Shown here in pieces: positions 1 through 9,613 of a DNA stretch of 64,000 bases. The notes under the pieces are model-generated. The model searched no databases, was not told the origin of the DNA, and was given only the letters and a program-made list of their open reading frames with translations. Origin of the DNA: Gemmatimonadota bacterium (GTDB taxonomy: Bacteria > Gemmatimonadota > Gemmatimonadetes > Gemmatimonadales > GWC2-71-9); the NCBI GenBank assembly GCA_003221035.1, contig QHUB01000019.1:2418-66417 (forward strand), given 5' to 3'. Position 1 is the stretch's first letter, and the number at the start of each line of letters is the position of its first letter. Made by a program: the position numbers and the translations under genes.

Positions 1-34
1 AGCCCGCGCTGGCCCTGCTCCTCAACGCGTCCCT

Positions 35-526
35 ATGGATCGTATTCATCAGACTCGGTTATCGCTCGGAATCGTCGGTCTCGTCGGATCGCTCCTAGGC
101 GCGGGCTGCAAGCGCTCGACCCCGGACTTCGCGGCGATGCAGGAGCGCGGCGCGCACGTCATGGGGGTCGATCAGTACACGTCGGCGCACGTCTTTGAGG
201 ACCTGCCCGACGGCGGCCGCGTCGTCCTGGACCGCAATGACCCGTCCGACACCGCCGCGATCCGTACGATTCGCGCGCATATCCGCGACATCGAGACCGC
301 GTTCCGCGCCGGCGACTTCTCGAAACCGTTCCAGGTGCACGCGCAGCAGGTGCCGGGCACCGAGGTCATGAAGGAGCGGCGAGCGGTGATCGGCTACGAG
401 GCCACGGATCGGCCGCGAGGTGGGGAGGTACGGATCCGGAGTAGCGATACGGTTGCTGTAGCGGCCATTCATGAGTTTCTCGCGTTCCAGCGGCAGCAGC
501 ACCATGCCGGTGGGCATGCGATGTGA
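35..526 (+). CDS. hypothetical lipoprotein
   Basis: 163-aa ORF. N-terminal signal-like segment ends in a lipobox-like LLGAGC. I recognise no family. Confidence 0.55.
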   Translation: MDRIHQTRLSLGIVGLVGSLLGAGCKRSTPDFAAMQERGAHVMGVDQYTSAHVFEDLPDGGRVVLDRNDPSDTAAIRTIRAHIRDIETAFRAGDFSKPFQVHAQQVPGTEVMKERRAVIGYEATDRPRGGEVRIRSSDTVAVAAIHEFLAFQRQQHHAGGHAM

Positions 527-546
527 GAAGAGCGCCCCGTCGTGTT

Positions 547-595
547 GATTCACACCCTAAAGGGTGTGCTCGGCCGACACTGTCCTAAAGGACAG
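547..595. repeat. REP-like structured intergenic repeat, copy A (two adjacent hairpins)
   Basis: gattcacaccctaaagggtgtgctcggc... matches 39050-39079 with 1 mismatch and 1 indel. Hairpins are cacaccc-taaa-gggtgtg (551-568) and ctgtcc-taaa-ggacag (580-595). Confidence 0.7.
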
Positions 596-679
596 CGTTA
601 GATCGCTTCATCGTCAGACTTCCGTGGGAAGGACCAAGCCGTTATGGCGGGATCTCCAATCCTGCGATAGAACTCAGCC

Positions 680-1450
680 ATGAGATCGCTCCTATTCCTG
701 GCTGGGCTCGTGTGTCTATCCGGGCCGGTGTTCGGGCAGGCCGGCAAATTCCCGCCCGATTCCCTCGTCAACGTGAAGGTCATCCCCAAAAACACGCCCG
801 TCATGCAGGTCGTCGGCATGATGCGAAACTTCGCGGGCGCCCTGGGCGTGCGGTGCCCGTTCTGCCATGTCGGCCAGGAAGGCCAGCCGCTCTCGTCGTT
901 CGATTTCGCCAAAGACGACAAGCGCACCAAGCTCACGGCGCGCCAGATGATGCGGATGGTCGAAGAGATCAATCGGCGGCTCGACACACTGCCCGAGCAC
1001 GCGCAGATGACGAGCCACGTCGAGGTCACCTGCCAGACCTGTCATCGCGGCGTCAGCCGGCCGATGCCGCTCGAGCAGCTGATCATGGAAACGGCGCAAG
1101 GCTCGGGCGTCGATTCCGCGACACGCGACTATCGCGCGCTGCGCGAGCGCTACTACGGTCGCGCGGCCTACGATTTTGGCGAGCCCACGCTCGACGTCGC
1201 CGCGTTCCGGCTCGCGCGGGCGGGAAAGTACGACGAGTCGTTTGCAATTTTGAAGCTCAACGAGGAGCAATTCCCCGGCTCGTCGAACGCGGCGACGTTC
1301 CGCGGCAACATCAACCTGATGAAAGGGGACACGACGGCCGCGATCGCTGCATTCCGCGAGGCGGTGCAGCGGGATTCGACGAACGGCGAGGCGCAAGGCC
1401 GGCTGCGCGCGCTCACCGGCGGGGCTCGGGGGGGACCTACTCGACCGTAG
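680..1450 (+). CDS. secreted c-type cytochrome (two CxxCH motifs) with C-terminal TPR-like region
   Basis: Signal peptide MRSLLFLAGLVCLSGPVFGQ. Heme motifs are CPFCH and CQTCH. The context resembles the reaction-centre cytochrome c subunit family. The tail is TPR-like. Confidence 0.75.
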   Translation: MRSLLFLAGLVCLSGPVFGQAGKFPPDSLVNVKVIPKNTPVMQVVGMMRNFAGALGVRCPFCHVGQEGQPLSSFDFAKDDKRTKLTARQMMRMVEEINRRLDTLPEHAQMTSHVEVTCQTCHRGVSRPMPLEQLIMETAQGSGVDSATRDYRALRERYYGRAAYDFGEPTLDVAAFRLARAGKYDESFAILKLNEEQFPGSSNAATFRGNINLMKGDTTAAIAAFREAVQRDSTNGEAQGRLRALTGGARGGPTRP

Positions 1451-2111
1451 CTTTCTTGATCTTGTCGAGCTTGGGGAACTGACGGGCGAGATACTTCTCG
1501 CCCTCGACGTGAATCCGATCCTGAAGCGGGCCGCGTCCGTTCGGCGCGCCCTCGCCGTAGCCGCCGTACAGGGAATCCACGACGCCCATGCCTTCCACGA
1601 CTTCTCCAAAGGGCGCGAAGCCCATCCCATCCAGCCGGCTGTTGTCGCGGTAATTGATGAACACCTGCGTAGTCCGCGTGCCCGGCCCCGCGGTCGCGAA
1701 CGTCACCATGCCGCGCTGATTGGAGCGTCGCATCGGGTCGTCCGGAATCGCGCGCCCGGCCCACGCGGACGTCACCGCGGTGTCGGCATGCAGGCCAAAC
1801 TGCGCCATGAAGCCCGGAATGACGCGGAAGAACCGCACGCCATCGTAGTAGCCCGAGCGCACGAGGTTGTAGAATCGGTCGGCGCCGAGCGGCGCCCATG
1901 CCCGGTGCACCGCGATCACGAAGTCGCCCCTGGTCGTCGCGAAGCGCGCGCGGAAGCTGTCGGGCGCCTGCTGCGCGAAGCCGGGATCGGCGGGGTTGTG
2001 GAAGTCGGGAACGCCGCCGGCGCTCGTGGCCTTGGGCGGGGCCGACTCCTTCTTGCAGGCCCCCGCAGCCACAACCGTGAGCGCAATCACACAGAGAGAT
2101 GAGTATCGCAT
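1437..2111 (-). CDS. peptidyl-prolyl cis-trans isomerase, cyclophilin type (lipoprotein)
   Basis: Lipobox VVAAGAC. Cyclophilin core is FYNLVRSGYYDGVRFFRVIPGFMAQFG ... GMVTFATAGPGTRTTQVFINY. Confidence 0.9.
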   Translation of the reverse strand: MRYSSLCVIALTVVAAGACKKESAPPKATSAGGVPDFHNPADPGFAQQAPDSFRARFATTRGDFVIAVHRAWAPLGADRFYNLVRSGYYDGVRFFRVIPGFMAQFGLHADTAVTSAWAGRAIPDDPMRRSNQRGMVTFATAGPGTRTTQVFINYRDNSRLDGMGFAPFGEVVEGMGVVDSLYGGYGEGAPNGRGPLQDRIHVEGEKYLARQFPKLDKIKKATVE

Positions 2112-2148
2112 GCCGCTATGCTAGCTTCGCCGAAAGCCGTTCGCTATA

Positions 2149-3204
2149 GTGTGGCCCCTGCTTCCGGAGGGCCCCATGGACGGCTGGATCAGCAAGCGGA
2201 TTCGCATCGTGTCGCGGCGCCGGGTGATCGCGTGGAGTCTCGCGCTGATCGTCGGCGTGCTGGCCGCCACGAGCGATCATCGCTACCTCGCCAATTTCGT
2301 CGGCGGTCCGTACGCGCTCACGCAGGCCGACCTCGATTCGATCCGTGATGTGACGGCCGCGCCGCGCTACTACGCGCGCGTGATCGGGAACCGCGTCCTC
2401 GATACCGGCCTCCGCCAATACACCGTCCACACGCAGAACGGCGTCGAGACGAGCCGCGAGGAGTCGAGCGCTTATAACGCGCTCGCGATCGGCAATCATT
2501 TTCTCGTGGTGCGGACCGCGGCGGACAACGCATCCCCCAGCGCGGAAGGCAAGCTCGTGCCGTGGCCCGAAGACCTCGAGAATCAACTGTTCGACACGAA
2601 GGAGATGCGCTCGATCCGCTCGAGCTTCTATTCCTTCTATTTGGACAGCGATTCGTTCCGGCGTCCCGGCTACGTCGTGATCGTGATCGGCATTCTGTTC
2701 CTGGCGCTGTTCGTGTGGCAGGCGCTGCCGGCGTGGCGCGCATGGCGTGATCCGGCGCGGCATCCGCTCGCCCGGCGCTTGGCGGCGTGGGGCGACCCGA
2801 TGGGCGTAGCGCTCGAAGCCGAGCATGAGTGGGACAATCCGCTGCTGAAGGCGAAGCGTGGCTGGCGCCTGGGCAACAAATATCTGCAGCGCTCGACGTT
2901 TTTTTCGTTCAACGTGCTGCGCTTCGGTGACGTGCTGTGGGCGTACAAGAAAGTCACCAAGCACAGCGTGAACTTCATCCCCACCGGCAAGACGTACGAG
3001 GCGATCGTCCAGTGCGCCGGCGGCACGGCGACGATCCCCGGTAAGGAAAAGAAAGTGCACGAGCTGCTGGCGTTCGTGCAGCAGCGCGCGCCGTGGGCGG
3101 TGTATGGATTCAGCGATCAGCTGTCCCAGCATTTTCACAAGCATCCGCAAGACTTCGTGCGCAGCGTGGAGCAGCGGCGTGAGGAGTGGGCGAAAAAGGT
3201 TTAG
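2149..3204 (+). CDS. hypothetical membrane protein
   Basis: 351-aa ORF with two hydrophobic helices (VIAWSLALIVGVLAA and YVVIVIGILFLALFVW). No family recognised. The start may be the downstream Met at 2176. Confidence 0.6.
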   Translation: MWPLLPEGPMDGWISKRIRIVSRRRVIAWSLALIVGVLAATSDHRYLANFVGGPYALTQADLDSIRDVTAAPRYYARVIGNRVLDTGLRQYTVHTQNGVETSREESSAYNALAIGNHFLVVRTAADNASPSAEGKLVPWPEDLENQLFDTKEMRSIRSSFYSFYLDSDSFRRPGYVVIVIGILFLALFVWQALPAWRAWRDPARHPLARRLAAWGDPMGVALEAEHEWDNPLLKAKRGWRLGNKYLQRSTFFSFNVLRFGDVLWAYKKVTKHSVNFIPTGKTYEAIVQCAGGTATIPGKEKKVHELLAFVQQRAPWAVYGFSDQLSQHFHKHPQDFVRSVEQRREEWAKKV

Positions 3205-3272
3205 TCCCACCACGCCATCCTGTGGCGCAAAACCGGCGGCGGTCCAGCAACCCCGTAACTCTTCCGCACATT

Positions 3273-3312
3273 AGAGCCGCCATGCACCGACGAACGCTGG
3301 CGGCTCTTTTGC
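3273..3312. terminator. hairpin between convergent genes (putative terminator)
   Basis: agagccgcc-N17-ggcggctct followed by ttt. It lies between the + gene ending at 3204 and the - gene ending at 3315. Confidence 0.45.
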
Positions 3313-3314
3313 GT

Positions 3315-4655
3315 TCAGCGCGCGGTGACTCCGTCTCCCCAGATCCGCATCCCGCGCGTCTCGGGCATCAGAAACATCGAGAGCACCAGGGCCACGGCCG
3401 GCACCGCGATCGAATACGCGAGTGTCAGGCCGAGGTTCTGCGTCGCCGTCCAGACGGCCGTCGTAATGAGCGGGACCGCGCCGCCGCCCCAGCCATTCCC
3501 GATGTGATACGGCACCGACACCGACGTGTAGCGGATGCGGCTCGGGAAGTACTCGGCCAGGAACGCCGCGATCGGCCCGTACACCATCCCGACATACGAC
3601 ACCAGCACTACAACGATCAGCACGGCGAGCGGATAATTGACGGCGCCGGCGGGCGTGACCTTGCGGAGCGCGGCGAACAGCGGGTAGTAGGTCGTCGCCG
3701 CCAGGAAGAAGCCGGTGAGAATGATCGCCTTGCGGCCGATCTTGTCGGAGAGCCAGCCAAACAGGACGAACGTGGGTGTCGCCAGCAGCAGCGCCGCGCC
3801 GACGATGATGTTGGTGTGGAGCAGGTCCAGCTTGCTCACCGTTTGCAGGAAGTACAGGACCCAGAACTGACTCGAGTACCACACGCAGCCTTCGCCCAGC
3901 ACGACGATCGTTGCGATGGCGACGTATCTCAGGTTCGCGCCGCTGAACGCTTCGTGCCACGGGTTGGTCGCCGTCTGGCCCTTCGCCTTGATGTCCTGAA
4001 AGATCGGCGTCTCCTGCAGCCGGAGCCGGATGTAGATCGCGACCGCGACGAGCAGCAGCGACACGAGGAACGGAATGCGCCAGCCCCACGCGCCGAACCG
4101 TTCCTCGCCGAGTGCGATCCGGGTACCGGCGACGACGGCCAGCGACACCACGATGCCGAGGGTCGGGGAAGTCTGAAGCCAGCCCGTGTACCAACCGCGC
4201 TTCTCGTCCGGCACGTGCTCGGCCACATACGTGATCGCGCCGCCGTATTCCCCGCCCAGGCACAGGCCCTGAATCACGCGCAGTAGTAGTAGAAGGGCGG
4301 GAGCCAGGACGCCGATCGTTGCATAGGTCGGGACGATGCCGATCGCCGCGGTCGAGAGGCCGATGCCCGTCAGCGTGATGAGGAACGTGTACTTGCGGCC
4401 GATCAGATCGCCGACGCGGCCGAGCAGCAGCGCGCCGAGGGGTCGCACGCCGAATCCGACGGCGAATACGGCGACCCATTTGACCAGATCCTTCCCCGGT
4501 TGACTCGGGTCGAAGAATTTCGCGGCGAGCGTGGTTGCGAGACTGCCGAAGATGTAGAAGTCGTACCATTCGATGACATTGCCGACCGCCGCCGCGGTGA
4601 CGACCCGCCGCAAGTCCCGTTGCTCCAGGGTCGGAGCGGGGTATGAATTTGGCAT
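3315..4655 (-). CDS. MFS transporter, metabolite:H+ symporter (ProP-like) family
   Basis: VGNVIEWYDFYIFGSLA near the N-terminus, multiple TM helices and GRVGDLIGRK. The ORF extends to 4763. The Arg-rich first 36 codons look non-coding, so Met37 (4655) is preferred. Confidence 0.85.
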   Translation of the reverse strand: MPNSYPAPTLEQRDLRRVVTAAAVGNVIEWYDFYIFGSLATTLAAKFFDPSQPGKDLVKWVAVFAVGFGVRPLGALLLGRVGDLIGRKYTFLITLTGIGLSTAAIGIVPTYATIGVLAPALLLLLRVIQGLCLGGEYGGAITYVAEHVPDEKRGWYTGWLQTSPTLGIVVSLAVVAGTRIALGEERFGAWGWRIPFLVSLLLVAVAIYIRLRLQETPIFQDIKAKGQTATNPWHEAFSGANLRYVAIATIVVLGEGCVWYSSQFWVLYFLQTVSKLDLLHTNIIVGAALLLATPTFVLFGWLSDKIGRKAIILTGFFLAATTYYPLFAALRKVTPAGAVNYPLAVLIVVVLVSYVGMVYGPIAAFLAEYFPSRIRYTSVSVPYHIGNGWGGGAVPLITTAVWTATQNLGLTLAYSIAVPAVALVLSMFLMPETRGMRIWGDGVTAR

Positions 4656-5376
4656 GAGCGAGGCTACGCGTCCCTTTCTCACTGCGCAATGGCGCAATCT
4701 GATCCTGCTGACGTATGCCGTCGACCCTGTGCGGCTCATCGACCTGGTCCCGCCCGACACCACGCTCGACTCATGGCGCGGCCAAACGTTCGTGAGCCTC
4801 GTCGGCTTTCAGTTTCTCGAGACGAAAATCCTCGGCGCGCCGGTGCCGTTTCATCAGGACTTCGAGGAAGTGAACCTGCGCTTTTATGTCCGCCGGATCA
4901 TGCCGGACAGCGTTCGGCACGGTGTGGTCTTTATCCGCGAGATCGTGCCGCGGCCACTCGTCGGAGGAATGGCGCGCCTCCTTTATAGAGAGCCCTATCA
5001 GATCATGCCCACCCGGAGCAAGGTGACCGCCGGGCCGCCGCCGGATGTCGAGTACCAATGGAATGACGCGGGACGCTGGTGCACGCTCTCGGGGGCCGGC
5101 AGGGGAGAGGGCTTCGAGCCGGGCGAAGGGACGCTCGAGGAATTTCTCACCGAGCGGCACTGGGGCTACAACGGCGAGCGCGGCAAGCCGACGCTCGAGT
5201 ATCGCGTCGACCATCCCCGCTGGAAGGTCTGGCACGCGCAGGACAGCCGAGTCGAGTATAATGCCGAGACATTGTGCGGCCGGGAGCTCGCCGGGGAGCT
5301 CAAGATGCCGATGTCGAAGCTGATTGCGGATGGCTCCCCCGTCACCATCCGCTGGCGGACGCTTATCCCGGGCTGA
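4654..5376 (+). CDS. DUF2071 (YqjF-like) family protein
   Basis: MSEATRPFLTAQWRNLILLTYAVDP...SWRGQTFVSLVGFQF is typical of COG2071/DUF2071. The track ORF starts at 4573, but that extension is Arg-rich and overlaps the MFS gene. Confidence 0.75.
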   Translation: MSEATRPFLTAQWRNLILLTYAVDPVRLIDLVPPDTTLDSWRGQTFVSLVGFQFLETKILGAPVPFHQDFEEVNLRFYVRRIMPDSVRHGVVFIREIVPRPLVGGMARLLYREPYQIMPTRSKVTAGPPPDVEYQWNDAGRWCTLSGAGRGEGFEPGEGTLEEFLTERHWGYNGERGKPTLEYRVDHPRWKVWHAQDSRVEYNAETLCGRELAGELKMPMSKLIADGSPVTIRWRTLIPG

Positions 5377-5449
5377 GAATCGGGAGCCGGGCTGATTCTC
5401 GGTGATCTGAGCCCCACCGCAGGAGCCTTCGAGCATTATCTTAATCCAC

Positions 5450-5929
5450 ATGGCTGACAGCAGCTTTATGCCCCCCTCGCCTCCGGGCCGTCCCTCCCGC
5501 GGCTCGGGATCGCTCACTGTGCATCTCGCCGATGAGCTCGACGTCTACTTCAATGAGGTCGCGCACGGCAGGCCGGTCGGATTCGTCGCCTCGCCCAAGT
5601 GGAAGCCTCGCAGCGACGTCTACGAGACCGACGAGGAGCTCATCGTGCACATGGACATCGCCGGGATGCGGGCCGAGGATTTTCAGGTCGAGCTGGACGA
5701 CGGCATCCTGAAGATCTGCGGTGAGCGCGCCACCCGGCAGCAGGGCAGCGGCAAGCGTCACTATCACGCGATGGAAGTCCAGATCGGACCGTTCGAGCGC
5801 CGCTTCCGGCTGCCCGTCGTCGTCGATCCGGCCTCCATCCGCGCCACCTACGAGCACGGCTTCCTCGAAATCCGGCTCGCCAAACAGCCGCCTCGGAGCT
5901 CGGGTGCGCGTTCGGTGCGGGTGACCTGA
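5450..5929 (+). CDS. Hsp20/alpha-crystallin family small heat-shock protein
   Basis: Alpha-crystallin domain: PRSDVYETDEELIVHMDIAGMRAEDFQVELDDGILKICGER...FERRFRLP...ATYEHGFLEIRL. Confidence 0.9.
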   Translation: MADSSFMPPSPPGRPSRGSGSLTVHLADELDVYFNEVAHGRPVGFVASPKWKPRSDVYETDEELIVHMDIAGMRAEDFQVELDDGILKICGERATRQQGSGKRHYHAMEVQIGPFERRFRLPVVVDPASIRATYEHGFLEIRLAKQPPRSSGARSVRVT

Positions 5930-8373
5930 TGGAGCGTTTGCCGGTCCTTCCCCTGGGCCAGCTCGTCGTCTATCCCCACGTCGTTCTGCCGCTGGCCCTC
6001 ACAGATCCCAAAGCCGTTCAGCTGATCGACGAGATCATCCAGGGCGAGAAGCGCGTGCTGCTGGCCGTCGTCCGGTCGATGGGCGGCATCGAGGCGCCCG
6101 AGGGCGCGGTGATGAACACGCTCCCGCACCAGCTCTACGACGTCGGCACGCTCGGCACCATCGTTCGGATGCTCAAGCTCGGCGACGGGTCGGTGCGCGT
6201 CATGGTGCAAGGGCTCGAGCGCGCGCGGCTCGCAAACATCGCGCAGGGCGAAAAGTGGTTGATGGCCGACTTCGAACCCCTGACGGAGAACACGCTCGAA
6301 GACGCGCGCACCGAAGCGTTGAAACGGACGACCATCGCGCAATTCTCGCGCGTCATCGATATCGCGCCCTATCTCGGCGCCGAGCTGCATGAAGTCCTCG
6401 CCGGTATCACGGAAGCGGGAAAGTTGGCCGACTTCATCGCCGCGAATCTCGATCTCGCCTTGCCCGCCAAGGCCGAGCTGCTCGCGATCGATGACGTGAC
6501 GCACCGGCTCGAGCGGCTCGGCGAGTTCCTCGTGCAGGAGCTGCAGGTGCTCGAGGTCGGGACGCAGATCCAGGAGAAGGTGAAGAATCGGCTCGACCAG
6601 AATCAGCGCGAGTATGTCCTGCGCGAACAGCTCCAGGTGATTCGCCAGGAGCTGGGCGAGGGAGAAGGCGACGACGAGCTCGAGGAACTGGCCCGCCGTC
6701 TCGAGGAGGCGCAGCTATCGCCGGAAGCAAAGAAAGTGTCCGACCGCGAGCTCAAGCGGCTGCGGCAGATGTCGCCGCAATCGGCCGAGTATCAGGTCGC
6801 GCGCACCTACCTCGATGTGTTTGCCGCCTTGCCGTGGGGTCGCGTCACGCAGGACCGGCTCGATCTCAAGACCGCGCGCGAAATCCTCGAGCGCGATCAC
6901 TACGATCTGAAGACCATCAAGGAACGGATCCTCGAGTACCTCGCCGTGCGGACGCTGAATCCGCAGGCCAAGGGATCGATTCTCTGTTTCGTCGGCCCGC
7001 CCGGGGTCGGCAAGACGTCGCTGGGGCAGAGCATCGCCGAGGCGCTGGGTCGCAAGTTCACGCGCGTGTCTCTGGGAGGTGTGCGCGACGAAGCCGAGAT
7101 TCGCGGGCATCGCCGCACCTACGTGGGCGCGATCCCCGGCCGCATCATCCACGCGCTCCAGCGCTGCGAAACTCGCAGCCCGGTCTTGATGCTCGACGAG
7201 GTGGACAAGATGGGCGCCGACGTGCGCGGCGATCCGACCGCCGCGCTGCTCGAGGTGCTCGATCCCGCGCAGAACTCGACCTTTGTCGATCACTACCTCG
7301 AGGTTCCGTTCGATCTCTCGGCCGTGATGTTCATCGCGACCGCGAACAGCACGCAACCGATTCCCGATCCGCTGCTCGATCGTATGGAGCAGCTCACGCT
7401 GGTGGGCTATACGCCGTCGGAAAAGCTGCAGATCGCCAAACGCTATCTGTTGCCGCGCCAGCTCAAGGAGACGGGACTCGGGGGGCGCGACGCGACGGAG
7501 CGCGCGCACATCGCCGACGGTGCCCTGGAGCGGTTGATCGGCGAGTACACCCGCGAAGCCGGGGTGCGCCAGCTCGAGCGCGAGATCCAGGGCGTGCTGC
7601 GAAAGGCCGCATTGGAGGTCGTCGAAGGCGGCGCCAGGGCGGTACGGATCTCGTCGAAGAACCTCGAGAAGTACGCCGGCCAACCGAAGGTCCAAAGCGA
7701 AGTCGCGGGCCGCGCCCCGGAGATCGGTGTCGCCACCGGTCTCGCGTGGACGCCGGTGGGCGGCGACATCATGTTCATCGAGGCGATCCGGATGCCGGGC
7801 AAGGGCCAGATCACCCTGACCGGACAGCTCGGCGACGTCATGAAGGAATCGGCCCAGGCGGCATGGAGCCTGCTGCGAGCCCGCGCGAGCGCCCTCGGCA
7901 TCCCGCTCGACGCCTTTACCCAGTCGGACGTGCACCTCCACGTGCCGGCCGGCGGCGTACCCAAAGACGGCCCCTCGGCCGGGATCACGATCGCCGCGGC
8001 CCTGGCGTCGCTCCTGTGCCGCCGCCCCGCCCGCCACGACGTCGCCATGACCGGCGAGCTGACCCTGCGGGGTCGGGTGCTGCCTATTGGTGGATTGAAG
8101 GAAAAACTGACTGCCGCGGCGCGGGCCGGGGTCACGCGCGTGCTGGTTCCGGAGCGTAACAAGAACGACCTTATTGACTTGCCGGACGAGGTACAGAAGT
8201 TGCTCGATATACAACTCGTGGAAACGATCGACGACGTGCTCGATTTGGCGCTGCTGGATGCGCCCGTGGAGGACAAGCGCGCTGAGCGCCGGTCCGGGGG
8301 CATCCGGGTGGTGACCCCTTCGACGACTCCCGTCCCTCCCACTTCGCCTCCGCCGGGCGAAGCCCGCCGATGA
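5929..8373 (+). CDS. lon: ATP-dependent endopeptidase La (Lon protease)
   Basis: LON N-domain, Walker [16 protein letters not shown], and protease site [14 protein letters not shown]. The ATG overlaps the hsp20 stop (TGATG). Confidence 0.97.
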   Translation: MERLPVLPLGQLVVYPHVVLPLALTDPKAVQLIDEIIQGEKRVLLAVVRSMGGIEAPEGAVMNTLPHQLYDVGTLGTIVRMLKLGDGSVRVMVQGLERARLANIAQGEKWLMADFEPLTENTLEDARTEALKRTTIAQFSRVIDIAPYLGAELHEVLAGITEAGKLADFIAANLDLALPAKAELLAIDDVTHRLERLGEFLVQELQVLEVGTQIQEKVKNRLDQNQREYVLREQLQVIRQELGEGEGDDELEELARRLEEAQLSPEAKKVSDRELKRLRQMSPQSAEYQVARTYLDVFAALPWGRVTQDRLDLKTAREILERDHYDLKTIKERILEYLAVRTLNPQAKGSILCFVGPPGVGKTSLGQSIAEALGRKFTRVSLGGVRDEAEIRGHRRTYVGAIPGRIIHALQRCETRSPVLMLDEVDKMGADVRGDPTAALLEVLDPAQNSTFVDHYLEVPFDLSAVMFIATANSTQPIPDPLLDRMEQLTLVGYTPSEKLQIAKRYLLPRQLKETGLGGRDATERAHIADGALERLIGEYTREAGVRQLEREIQGVLRKAALEVVEGGARAVRISSKNLEKYAGQPKVQSEVAGRAPEIGVATGLAWTPVGGDIMFIEAIRMPGKGQITLTGQLGDVMKESAQAAWSLLRARASALGIPLDAFTQSDVHLHVPAGGVPKDGPSAGITIAAALASLLCRRPARHDVAMTGELTLRGRVLPIGGLKEKLTAAARAGVTRVLVPERNKNDLIDLPDEVQKLLDIQLVETIDDVLDLALLDAPVEDKRAERRSGGIRVVTPSTTPVPPTSPPPGEARR

Positions 8374-8768
8374 GCGACGTCGCCACACTCGAAGCGGCGC
8401 TCGCCGAGCTTCGCAGGCGCGATGGGAAGTACAATGAGCGCGCGTACGTCTTTGTGCTCGCCGCGCTCGAGTTCGCCCAGACACGGCTGCCGGTGCGGCG
8501 CCATCTGAGCGGGGTCGAGTTGGCGTGGGCCTGCCGCGATTTCGCGCTGGAGCAGTTCGGGATGCTCGCGGGCTCGGTGCTCTCGCACTGGGGTGTCCAA
8601 TCGACTGAGGACTTCGGTCAGCTCGTGTTCCTGCTGATTGAAGTGGGATTGCTGGCGCGCCAGCCCACCGACAAGCTCGAGGACTTCGAGCGCGTGTACG
8701 ACTTCGCCGAGGTCTTCAAGGCCGGCGAAGGCTATCGCTGGCCGGGAGTTTCTACTCCAGGGGAGTGA
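8370..8768 (+). CDS. hypothetical protein (possibly Minf_1886-like family)
   Basis: 132-aa ORF with an ATGA overlap with the lon stop. The family assignment is from memory only. Confidence 0.6.
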   Translation: MSDVATLEAALAELRRRDGKYNERAYVFVLAALEFAQTRLPVRRHLSGVELAWACRDFALEQFGMLAGSVLSHWGVQSTEDFGQLVFLLIEVGLLARQPTDKLEDFERVYDFAEVFKAGEGYRWPGVSTPGE

Positions 8769-9613
8769 TCCGACCGCCCGTCGTCGCAGGTCGCTTCTAT
8801 CCGAAAGACCCCGCGGAATTACGGGCGACGGTTGCAACGCTGCTCGCGGACGCGCGTCGTCCTCACAACCTGACCCCCTCTCCGCGAGCGGAGCGGGGGA
8901 ACGTGCGGGCGGTTGTGGCTCCTCACGCCGGTTACATCTACTCAGGCCCGACGGCAGCACGAGCGTTCGCGCGCGTCGCGATTCCAGGCCTCGTCGTCAT
9001 TCTCGCTCCCAACCACACCGGAATCTGTCACGCAACCAGCGGGATCTCGCTATGGGAATCGGGAGCGTTCCGGACTCCGCTCGGCGACGTTCCCGTCGAT
9101 GCCGATGTCGCAAGTGCACTGCGAGAGATCTCCGGCAACACCGTCGAAGTCGATCATGCGGCGCATGAGAATGAGCATGCGGTCGAAGTTGAGTTGCCGT
9201 TTATCCAGGTATCGCGTGCTGACGTCCGGATCGTGCCTCTCGTCATCGCGTGGGATGCGTGGGAACCCGCCCGACGCCTGGGAGAGATTCTGGCCAGGCT
9301 GATCGGTGCTATCGGTGAGCCGACGCTGCTTCTGGCCTCGAGCGACCTCAACCACTACGAGCCCGCCGAGATTTCCGAGAAGAAGGACGCGCGCGCGCTG
9401 GACGCGGTGACGGCGCTCGATGGGGAGGAGCTGCTCGCGCGCTGCAAACGCGAGCGGATTTCGATGTGCGGGCGCGCGCCGGTTGCGGCAACCCTGGCCG
9501 CGGCGCGTGCCGTGGGCGCGACCCGCGCGGAAGTGGTAGACTATCGCCACTCCGGGTGGGTGTCCGGCGACAACGCACGCGTGGTCGGCTACGCGGGGGT
9601 GGTGATCTCGTGA
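8765..9613 (+). CDS. Memo-like protein (AmmeMemoRadiSam system protein B family)
   Basis: N-terminus IRPPVVAGRFYPKDPAELRATV, plus VAPHAGYIYSGPTAA and DLNHYE. Confidence 0.85.
   Translation: MIRPPVVAGRFYPKDPAELRATVATLLADARRPHNLTPSPRAERGNVRAVVAPHAGYIYSGPTAARAFARVAIPGLVVILAPNHTGICHATSGISLWESGAFRTPLGDVPVDADVASALREISGNTVEVDHAAHENEHAVEVELPFIQVSRADVRIVPLVIAWDAWEPARRLGEILARLIGAIGEPTLLLASSDLNHYEPAEISEKKDARALDAVTALDGEELLARCKRERISMCGRAPVAATLAAARAVGATRAEVVDYRHSGWVSGDNARVVGYAGVVIS

Noticed and set aside
5377-5450. Region upstream of hsp20-lon. I looked for a CIRCE/HAIR-type heat-shock operator and noted a near-consensus DnaA-box-like 9-mer (taatccaca, 5442-5450).
   Set aside because: There is no TTAGCACTC-N9-GAGTGCTAA-like inverted repeat. 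The only structure is a 7-bp hairpin, gagaatc-N12-gattctc (5375-5400), which likely terminates the upstream gene. A single DnaA-box-like word overlapping a start codon is not evidence of an origin or of regulation.
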